This document shows positions 1-6,798 of a stretch of DNA of 51,471 nt, one piece after another. Source of the DNA: a virus. Its lineage: Duplodnaviria; Caudoviricetes. The DNA is taken from the IMG/VR virus record IMGVR_UViG_3300037047_000144, positions 1 to 51,471 of that record, one strand, 5' to 3'. A program made the position numbers and the translations under genes. How positions within the stretch are numbered: position 1 is the first letter of the stretch; each line of letters starts with the position of its first letter. The notes below the pieces were generated by a model, which was not told the origin of the DNA, searched no databases, and saw only the letters and a program-made list of their open reading frames with translations.

Positions 1-627
1 CGTGCCGTCGGTGACTTCAAGGATCGAGCCGTTGGGGTTGCCGGGTTCCTGGGCGGGGAGAGCGCCGGCGGCGGGCGTCGTCCACTCGACGCCGTCCTCC
101 TCCGCGTTGACGGTCAGAACCTTCCCTGCATCGCCTTCCACGGGGGTCGGGAGTTCGGCCACGGGCGTGCCGAACTCGACGCCGCTTTCGTCCTCCTTCA
201 CCCGGAGAACCTTGCCGGCGTCGCCCGAGGCGATAGCGGGAAGCTCGTCGGCCGGGGGCGCCGGGATCTCGGCCGGGGCGCGGGCAAGAACATCCTGGCC
301 GTCGATGCCGGCTTCCTCGGCGATCAGGTAGACCGGATCGTCTGCGGCCGCGGCGATGGCCTTGCTGTCGGCGTTCACGGTGAGGCGGTCTCCGGGGCCG
401 CACTCGCCGGAGAGCTTCACGCGTACCTGGCGCCCGGGCTCCAGCGGGCAGAGGGTCGCGTAGTTCGCGTCGGAGTCGACGACGATGAAGCGCGCGGCGG
501 CCGTGGATGGCGTCGCGAGCGCGGCCTTACCGGCGGCGTCGATCAGGGCGAGGAGGCCCTCGCCGAGGTTCGCGACGGCCGCGGGGATCTGGATCATCCC
601 CTCGCGGGTGTTCGAGAGCGGATGCAT
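1..627 (-). CDS. Capsid cement/decoration-like protein with repeated C-terminal extension (outer element), truncated by window edge
   Basis: Not in the ORF track (no stop in window). ATG at 627 overlaps the upstream TGA (TGATG). Translates MHPLSNTREGMIQIPAAVANLGEG...LEPGRQVRVKLSGECGPGDRLTV...YLIAEEAGIDGQDVLAR (DUF2190-like cement layout), then ELPAIASGDAGKVLRV / ELPTPVEGDAGKVLTV repeats. Follows a scaffold-like gene. Confidence 0.6.
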   Translation of the reverse strand, partial: MHPLSNTREGMIQIPAAVANLGEGLLALIDAAGKAALATPSTAAARFIVVDSDANYATLCPLEPGRQVRVKLSGECGPGDRLTVNADSKAIAAAADDPVYLIAEEAGIDGQDVLARAPAEIPAPPADELPAIASGDAGKVLRVKEDESGVEFGTPVAELPTPVEGDAGKVLTVNAEEDGVEWTTPAAGALPAQEPGNPNGSILEVTDGT

Positions 628-931
628 CACCGGGCCTCCGGGATCTCGCGCTCGGCGCGGGCGAAGGCGATGATGAACGGCACGCCCTCGCGGCCGCGGA
701 TCTCGTGCGCCCGGTTGCGGATCGCGACCGCGCGGGCGTCGTCGGCTGCGGGCGCCGGCTTCGCCAGATCGGCGACGGGCCGCGGGGCAGCCGGCGGCAG
801 GCGGTTGCGGAGCGGCGTGCCGGGCGCCGGGGGCGGCGGGGCCGGAGGCGTCGCGGGTGGATCGGTCGGCTTCTGGGCCTTCGCGGCGCGGAGGCCGGTC
901 AGGACCGCGAGGGTCGTCTCGCGGTTGGCGA
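627..931 (-). pseudogene. 3' half of a scaffold-like gene interrupted by the Mu-like prophage
   Basis: Joining 35750-35498 to 931-627 restores one 185-aa frame reading ...FWTEQLLANRETTLAVLTG... The C-terminus AIRNRAHEIRGREGVPFIIAFARAERE resembles Mu-type scaffold ends. Confidence 0.8.
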
Positions 932-1096
932 CGAGCCGGCGCATCATACATGACACAGGCGGGAAGACGCGGTTAGAGGCGGCAGAAGGCTGCAACTGCG
1001 GCACTTACGACCGGAACAGTCTGCGCACCACGATTTGACACAACTGGGGCCTGAAACGGCCCACACAGGGCCGATTCGCATCGATTTGACACAACT
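932..1096 (+). repeat. Left end: terminal repeat L1 (932-957) plus putative transposase-binding sites L2 (~1024-1045) and L3 (1076-1096)
   Basis: Shared core CGCA-N6-TGACACA. L3 TCGCATCGATTTGACACAACT is a perfect 21-bp inverted repeat of 35444-35464. L1 is separated from L2/L3 as at Mu attL. Confidence 0.85.
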
Positions 1097-1141
1097 GCAC
1101 GGCCGCTTCCGAGGGCCTGAAACGGCCGTGCAGGGGGGCTG

Positions 1142-1921
1142 TCAGAAGTTCCGGATGAGGACTTCATGGCGGACCTTGGACCGGCTCTCGGCGTTGGATC
1201 GTGGGTTGCCGGTGGAGTAGCGCAACGACACCTGGACGATCTTGAACGTCGCGAAGAGATCGCGCACACCGGCGCAGTCGTTGAGGCTCAGGATGAACCT
1301 GCCCTTGATGCCGGCCAGGCAGTCGCGGAGGCGTACAAAGTCGGCCTGGGCGAACTTGGAGGCGTAGTCCTGGCACAGGCCCATGTACGGTGGGTCGCAG
1401 TAGAACAGCGTCTCGGGCCGGTCGTAGCGCCGGATGCAGTCGACGGCGTCCAGGTGCTCGACGGTGACGCGCTCAAGCCGCCAGTGGACCTCCAGCAGCC
1501 TCTCCGAGACCGTCGCCAGGTTGAGGCCGGACGGGGCCGTGGCGGCCGTCCCAAACGTGCGGCCTGCCGGCTTGCCGCCGAAGGACAGGCGCTGAAGGTA
1601 GTAGTACCGCACCGCGCGCTGGATGTCGGTGAGCGTCTCGGGGCGCTTCAGGGTCTCCCACTCGAACACCTTCCGGGAGACGACCGCCCACTTGAAGCAG
1701 TCCAGGAACGGCGTGAGATGGTGCTGAATTACCCGCCAGAAGGTCACCAGCTCGCCATCGGCATCATTGATGACCTCGGCCTTGCTGGGGGGCTTCGTGA
1801 ACAGGACCCAACCTGCACCGCAGAAGGGCTCGCAGTAGCAGACGTGGTCGGGCGGGATCAGGGCGACGATCTTCGAGGCGAGGCGGCTCTTACCGCCCAG
1901 GTAGTTCAACGGGCTTCTCAT
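1142..1921 (-). CDS. dam: DNA adenine methyltransferase (Dam/D12 class)
   Basis: SPLNYLGGKSRL start, EPFCGAG motif I, VIND, DPPY motif IV, FILSLND. Confidence 0.9.
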   Translation of the reverse strand: MRSPLNYLGGKSRLASKIVALIPPDHVCYCEPFCGAGWVLFTKPPSKAEVINDADGELVTFWRVIQHHLTPFLDCFKWAVVSRKVFEWETLKRPETLTDIQRAVRYYYLQRLSFGGKPAGRTFGTAATAPSGLNLATVSERLLEVHWRLERVTVEHLDAVDCIRRYDRPETLFYCDPPYMGLCQDYASKFAQADFVRLRDCLAGIKGRFILSLNDCAGVRDLFATFKIVQVSLRYSTGNPRSNAESRSKVRHEVLIRNF

Positions 1922-2429
1922 CCCTCACTCCTTCTTCTACCCTGCGACCCGACCGGTCTGATGTTGCCGGGGGTGGCCCGCAAGGGTGATCGCCGCTTCC
2001 AACGGCGTTCGGGAGGAGGGATGAGTGCCCTCCGACCCGCCCCCGGTTTCCTGCACACGCAGGCCCGGGAAGCAGGTCAGCAAAACAAAGCTGGGGCGTG
2101 TCCCGCTCCTGGCACACGGCCGGGCGGCGGATCTGGCGCACCATCGAGTGCCGGCGCAGGCGCAGGCGCCGCACCCGGCGCAACTCCGAAACGGCGTGCT
2201 TCGTCCCGCCGTGCGTCGCCTCGAGGAACTCCCGCGTCGTGGCACAGGTGACGTGCTTCAGGCCGTGCTGAGAGTTCGAGATGGCGAAGTCCGAGCACAG
2301 GCCCGGCCGGCCACGGTCCTGCCGGAGCTGCCGCTCCCCTAGGCCGAACCGGGCACACAGCTCCGACGCGGGAACCCAGTCCGCCCGCTGGAGCATGTAC
2401 GCCTCGATCGCCTGGATGAGAGGGTCCAT
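1890..2429 (-). CDS. Putative winged-helix DNA-binding phage protein
   Basis: ATG at 2429 is coupled to the upstream stop. WVPASELCARFGLGERQLR is HTH-like. The C-terminal part is low quality and overlaps a structured region. Confidence 0.5.
   Translation of the reverse strand: MDPLIQAIEAYMLQRADWVPASELCARFGLGERQLRQDRGRPGLCSDFAISNSQHGLKHVTCATTREFLEATHGGTKHAVSELRRVRRLRLRRHSMVRQIRRPAVCQERDTPQLCFADLLPGPACAGNRGRVGGHSSLLPNAVGSGDHPCGPPPATSDRSGRRVEEGVRDEKPVELPGR
1967..2046 (+). ncRNA. Candidate structured RNA (multi-stem junction) upstream of and antisense to the methylase
   Basis: Outer stem CCGGGGGTGG/CCGCCCCCGG encloses hairpins CCC-GCAA-GGG, CGCCG-CTTCCAA-CGGCG and GGAGGG-ATGAGTG-CCCTCC. Confidence 0.35.
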
Positions 2430-2974
2430 CAGAACGGCAGGCCCTCCTCGTCCGCCCGGCCCCACTCCGACCGCATGGTGTGATGCACGGCCGCCGGGCC
2501 GGCGTCCTCCCGGACCAGCATCGCCTCATGCGTCCGGTGGTCGTGTCGGTCCAGAGCGATAAACACGTTCCGCATCAACTCCGCCGGCACGTCCTCAATC
2601 GCCGCCGGCAGGCCCATGTGCGCCATGATCGCCACCACGTAGGCCCAGTCGTGCGGCCGGCCCGTCGCCCGAGCGATCTTCGCCAGGCGCGCGGTGATCA
2701 GGAAGATGAACCGGCGCGACACAGCCCCCGACCAGTACGTGATCTCCCCGTCGTCGTTGGCCTCCACCGCCAGCGCCATCATCACCAGGTCGAAATCCAG
2801 CGTCCGGTTGCAGCCCTTCGTCGTCCGCGCATGCAGGGCTGAAAACAGGACCTGCCGGTACCAGGCGTCTTCGGAAGGCCGGCTGTTCAGCGGCGTGCCC
2901 GTGCGATCGCACTCGACCAGCCAGGCCCGGCGGCGCAGATCCATCAGGCGCGCATATTGGGCGGGTGTGAACAT
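2429..2974 (-). CDS. GemA (Mu gp16)-like regulatory protein
   Basis: ATG at 2974 is coupled to the previous stop. DAWYRQVLFSALHARTTKGCNRTLDFDLVMMAL resembles the GemA core, and the position in the early operon fits. Confidence 0.5.
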   Translation of the reverse strand: MFTPAQYARLMDLRRRAWLVECDRTGTPLNSRPSEDAWYRQVLFSALHARTTKGCNRTLDFDLVMMALAVEANDDGEITYWSGAVSRRFIFLITARLAKIARATGRPHDWAYVVAIMAHMGLPAAIEDVPAELMRNVFIALDRHDHRTHEAMLVREDAGPAAVHHTMRSEWGRADEEGLPF

Positions 2975-3492
2975 CAGAGGTTCCTCCCCTGCGGCTCGAC
3001 CCATGGCAGGCCGATCAGGTTGAATAGATCGCGCTCCTCGCGGACCGGTATCTTGTGCGCCTTCGAACACAGCATGCCCTCCATGCTGTGGTAGCCGGCG
3101 CGGACCCAACCCTTCGCGAGCACCTCATGCGAGTACGTCGCGCTGCCGGTCCTGATCGCCAGAATGTGACCCCAGTTTTCGGACGTGGCGGTGAACAGGT
3201 CGAGCTGAATCCCGTCGGGAATCGAGAGCTTGATGTACTTCCCTGTCGCCGGTTTTCCAGCAAGCACCCGACCGAGGCCGAGCACGACGTCGACGAATCC
3301 GGGGCTGCGCGACCGCGGGCCATCGCCGCCGAAAAGATCGCCGCCGAAAGTCTTCGGGATCGCAACGATCTCGATGTCCCCCACGTCCGCCTTCTGCCGG
3401 CGGATCGATCCGGCGATCTGGATCCGGTCGCAGTGCGGAGCGAGCCTGGCAACGACGCGATCGGCGATGGTTTTAGCTTCGCGCAGGTTCAT
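2974..3492 (-). CDS. Minimal family X DNA polymerase (Pol beta palm+thumb nucleotidyltransferase)
   Basis: IAGSIRR...VGDIEIV, LDLF, WGHILAIRTGS and EERDLFNLIGLPWVEP motifs; 172 aa. Confidence 0.85.
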   Translation of the reverse strand: MNLREAKTIADRVVARLAPHCDRIQIAGSIRRQKADVGDIEIVAIPKTFGGDLFGGDGPRSRSPGFVDVVLGLGRVLAGKPATGKYIKLSIPDGIQLDLFTATSENWGHILAIRTGSATYSHEVLAKGWVRAGYHSMEGMLCSKAHKIPVREERDLFNLIGLPWVEPQGRNL

Positions 3493-3496
3493 CGGG

Positions 3497-4090
3497 CTAG
3501 TCCATCGTCATGGCGGCGCGTTGAATCATCACGTCGAGGGTGCCGAAGCTGGCGTTGCGGCACATCCATTTCACGATCGACTCGGTTTCCTGGAACCATT
3601 TGCGGTCTTTCGGAAGCGCATCGATGATGTCCTTGAGCGGCCCTTTTGCTGCCGAAGCGAACGGCAGGATCCATGCCTCCCAGAACCGGCCATCGGCCTT
3701 GCGGCGCGACCGAAGACACTCGAATCCGATGCTCTGCATTTTGTAGACTTCGTCGCGGTAGCGCTCCAACGTCCAGCCGTACCCGCAGAGGCTCTGCACG
3801 AGGTAACTCGGATGGTGCCAGCCCTCCTTCGGATCGATATGGCTGATCAGTTCCGCAGTCTGCCTCCGCCACTCGCAGTCGGTCTTCTGCCAGGTTGGCG
3901 GTAGGTACGGATCGTCCGCGGGCTCGGGAGGCGCTTTGACCAGCTCGCCGCGCACGAGCGCCCCTTTCAGATCGACGGAGAGCCAGCACGTCTTCGCCAT
4001 GAGCGCGCGGAGCGCATCGATCTCGGCTTCCGTTCCTTCAATGGTAATCTGGCTTCGATCGCCATCGCGTCTTGATCCGGCTTCTCTCAT
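3497..4090 (-). CDS. Hypothetical phage early protein
   Basis: 197-aa ORF, ATGA-coupled in the early operon, globular composition. Confidence 0.65.
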   Translation of the reverse strand: MREAGSRRDGDRSQITIEGTEAEIDALRALMAKTCWLSVDLKGALVRGELVKAPPEPADDPYLPPTWQKTDCEWRRQTAELISHIDPKEGWHHPSYLVQSLCGYGWTLERYRDEVYKMQSIGFECLRSRRKADGRFWEAWILPFASAAKGPLKDIIDALPKDRKWFQETESIVKWMCRNASFGTLDVMIQRAAMTMD

Positions 4091-4326
4091 GGCATGGCCT
4101 CGTGGCGAGGGATCCGGCGATCGGCGGCGTAGGCGTCCAAGGCGGCTTGGAGATTGGAGGCCGAGGTCATCGGCGGAAGGTGCGGGGTTTTGATCCGCTT
4201 CGTCGCGCCGCGGTCATTGATCCAAGCGACGATGTACACGTCGCCAAGGCCCCTGGTGACGCCGATCTCCCGCGGGCCGTTGTTGGGGGTCGGGTAAACG
4301 TAGGTCAGGCCGTGGAACTGGCTCAT
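4087..4326 (-). CDS. Hypothetical phage early protein
   Basis: 79 aa, preceded by the AGGAGACACCCC-ATG ribosome-binding motif. Confidence 0.65.
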   Translation of the reverse strand: MSQFHGLTYVYPTPNNGPREIGVTRGLGDVYIVAWINDRGATKRIKTPHLPPMTSASNLQAALDAYAADRRIPRHEAMP

Positions 4327-4703
4327 GGGGTGTCTCCTGCTGGTGAAAGGCCGGGGCGCGGCGGGAGGGTCCGGGCCGCGCCCCGGTTGGGTTGGGTTGC
4401 CTTGTGGGTCTCATAGCCGCTCTTTACCGCGCCCACCGTGGCAGGCTCGGGACCGCGGCGCATCGTGGGCCTCCTTTCAATACGCGTGAACTGCCGCAAG
4501 CTGCGCCCGTCGCGGATCTGGTGGGCAACTGCCAGCGCCGTGCGGTAGGCGGCCATGCGGCGGGCGGCGCTGGCGGCGTGCTGATAGTCGAACTGCACGT
4601 TCGCCGACACCGTCGCCCAGGCGGCGTCGCACACGATGCGGTGCGGCAGCAGCTCGGAGCCGCAGCCACACGGGCACAGGCGGTTGGTGCGCGGGGTGAC
4701 CAT
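4323..4703 (-). CDS. Hypothetical Cys-rich phage protein
   Basis: CPCGC...VCDAAW motif; tightly packed in the operon. Confidence 0.6.
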   Translation of the reverse strand: MVTPRTNRLCPCGCGSELLPHRIVCDAAWATVSANVQFDYQHAASAARRMAAYRTALAVAHQIRDGRSLRQFTRIERRPTMRRGPEPATVGAVKSGYETHKATQPNRGAARTLPPRPGLSPAGDTP

Positions 4704-4706
4704 GGC

Positions 4707-5234
4707 CTACGACTGCCCCTCGGCGTTGCGGGCGCTGTCCAGCAGGTGCTTCGCAATCGTGTAGTCGATCTGCTCCGTGCCTTCGACCAGGCGGGCGCCG
4801 AGGATGCCGCTCTCGGTGGCCGCGATGCGCTTCTTCAGCGCGGGCTTCAGGAGCTTGTAGACGACCTCGATGCACTCGTGCCACTTGTTCCGGCGGCAGA
4901 CTTCGAGCACGACTTCCTCGTCGTCGATGACGACCTCGGGCGGGCGCGTGCGGCGGCCGAACCGGCCCCAGTCGGTGACGACCTGGCGGGGCTTCGCGAA
5001 CTCGTCGGGGTGGCCGAGGACGTAGTCGGAAAGGCTGGCCGTTAGCACGTCGAGCGCGGCCTGGTGGTCGGCGCACTTGGCCTCGGCATCGCTCTTGATC
5101 GTGGCGATCCGTGCCTCGGCGCCCGCGCGGATCTGCGCAAGCCGGATCTCGCGCTGCGCGAGCTGGCCGAAGACTTCCTTGGCCTGGTCGAGGGTCCGGA
5201 TTGCGTCGCGGGTGGATTTCATCGTGGTGGGCAT
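4707..5234 (-). CDS. gam: Mu Gam-like host-nuclease inhibitor (DNA end protection)
   Basis: Start MPTTMKS at 5234 after AAGGAG. N-terminal coiled coil, then EFAKPRQVVTDWGRFGRRTRPPEV and KLLKPALKK. Lies downstream of MuB. Confidence 0.8.
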   Translation of the reverse strand: MPTTMKSTRDAIRTLDQAKEVFGQLAQREIRLAQIRAGAEARIATIKSDAEAKCADHQAALDVLTASLSDYVLGHPDEFAKPRQVVTDWGRFGRRTRPPEVVIDDEEVVLEVCRRNKWHECIEVVYKLLKPALKKRIAATESGILGARLVEGTEQIDYTIAKHLLDSARNAEGQS

Positions 5235-5238
5235 GGGG

Positions 5239-5517
5239 TCACTCCTTGGGGGTGCGGTTGGATCGGACTCGGACGGGTGAACACGAAGACGCAAAGGGCG
5301 CAGAGGCCGGAGCGCGGGTGTTCCAGTCGCGGATCGCTTGGGCCTTCGTGTCGTTGCAGGCAATGGGATAGGAGGTGCAGACGTTCTTGGTATTGCAGGC
5401 AACCGACCACGCGTACAGCGGCGGCTCGTTGTCGTAGTTTCGCAATCGTGTGACGACCGGCATGCCGCCGCAGAACGGGCACGGGAGCGGCTTGGGGGCC
5501 TTCATCCGCGGGCTCAT
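5239..5517 (-). CDS. Lar-family restriction alleviation protein
   Basis: PLPCPFCGG...C...C...KAQAIRDWNTR signature. Confidence 0.75.
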   Translation of the reverse strand: MSPRMKAPKPLPCPFCGGMPVVTRLRNYDNEPPLYAWSVACNTKNVCTSYPIACNDTKAQAIRDWNTRAPASAPFASSCSPVRVRSNRTPKE

Positions 5518-5849
5518 GCCAGCTCCTCGATGCGGAAGCCGCACTGAACGTTTCCATCGCCGATCGGATGGCACATGATGTTCTGTGCGCTGTGAACGCG
5601 GGCAACGCGGACCAGCTTGCCGGCCCACGGCGCGAGGTGGTTGGCGACGACCCACAAGCTGCCGCGTTTGGGCATCGACTGGATGATGTAGCGATTGATT
5701 CGGGGATCGATCTTGCAGGCGGTTTCGCATGCGTCGATCAGGACGCTGGCCGACGATGTGCGCGGGTGCTTCAGCCCGGTCAAGCGCTCGAAACTAATGC
5801 GCTCGCCGTTGTTCATCACAAAGACGATCTGGTGTTTGTTGGCCTTCAT
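5514..5849 (-). CDS. Hypothetical phage early protein
   Basis: Start MKANKHQ at 5849 follows AGGAGACACC. The longer ORF-track start overlaps MuB. Confidence 0.6.
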   Translation of the reverse strand: MKANKHQIVFVMNNGERISFERLTGLKHPRTSSASVLIDACETACKIDPRINRYIIQSMPKRGSLWVVANHLAPWAGKLVRVARVHSAQNIMCHPIGDGNVQCGFRIEELA

Positions 5850-5860
5850 GGTGTCTCCTC

Positions 5861-6772
5861 TCACAGGTCGTATTCGTGGACGAGTTTCTTGTGGGCGGCG
5901 TGGAACGCGGAGGCGGGGGCGGCGAGCGATTCGCCGGCTTCCATCAGGTCGCGCGCAAGTAGGACCTGCTTCTTCACGGCGCGCAGGTGCCCCTTGTTCT
6001 CGGCGACGACCTTGGCCATGTGGTCGCAGTCGGCCTCGATGGCGGGGGCCAGGCTGCGAATCATCCGCCGGGCCGCGTCGAGCGCGCCGCGCAACTGCAC
6101 CTGGTGAACAATGCCGATGCGGGAAAACATCTGGTCGTTGGCGCGGATGGCGTCCATGACCTCGGGGTTGCCCACGAGACAGATCGGGCATCCGGTCTCG
6201 TCGTGGAAGTCGAAGAGCCACTGGAGCGCGGAACGCGTGAGCCGGTGGGCGTTGTCGACCACGATCAGGCGGGAGGACTTATTGAGGCGCTCGATCAGCC
6301 ATGCGGACCGCGGCGACATGCGGTCCCATCCGCGGGTTTCGAGCTGGCCGAAGATCAGGCGGCACATGCCGGCATCGTCGCGGTTCATCCGGCTGGCGGT
6401 GACGATGATGGTGCTCTTGTTCGCATCGGCGAACATAAGGATACCGACGGTCTTGCCCACGCCGGCCGGGCCGTGGAGCAGCCCCACGTCGTTCGTCTTC
6501 CGGATCAGGTCGCAGACTCCGGCAATCTCATCGGTGACGTTGGTGCGGAACGCCGGCACGTCCGTGGCGATGCGGCGGGCGGCGCTCTTCAGCACGTCCT
6601 GAATGACGCGCTCCATCTTCTCCACGTTGCCCTCGGGCTTGCCGGCGATGTAGCGCGAGAGCTGCGAGGCGGAATAGCCGACTTCCTTGGCCAGCCTGGT
6701 CAGCGTCCAGTCCTGTTCGCGCATGAACTCTTCTGCGGCTGCGCGGGTGGTCTCGTCGAACGGTTTACTCAT
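5861..6772 (-). CDS. MuB-like transposition AAA+ ATPase
   Basis: N-terminal HTH (LAKEVGYSASQLSRY), Walker A GPAGVGKT, Walker B LIVVDNAHRL, LVGN, QMFSRIG. Directly downstream of the transposase. Confidence 0.92.
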   Translation of the reverse strand: MSKPFDETTRAAAEEFMREQDWTLTRLAKEVGYSASQLSRYIAGKPEGNVEKMERVIQDVLKSAARRIATDVPAFRTNVTDEIAGVCDLIRKTNDVGLLHGPAGVGKTVGILMFADANKSTIIVTASRMNRDDAGMCRLIFGQLETRGWDRMSPRSAWLIERLNKSSRLIVVDNAHRLTRSALQWLFDFHDETGCPICLVGNPEVMDAIRANDQMFSRIGIVHQVQLRGALDAARRMIRSLAPAIEADCDHMAKVVAENKGHLRAVKKQVLLARDLMEAGESLAAPASAFHAAHKKLVHEYDL

Positions 6773-6798
6773 GGTGTCTCCTGCGGGCTGTTGTTCGG

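Noticed and set aside
927-932. Canonical 5-bp target duplication
   Set aside because: Both 5-bp options mismatch (GGCGA/AGCGA, GCGAC/GCGAG) and put the terminal repeats out of register.
627-1004. ORF-track protein MPQLQPSAAS...
   Set aside because: The first ~24 codons are prophage left-end DNA read through by chance. The rest is the 3' half of the split scaffold gene.
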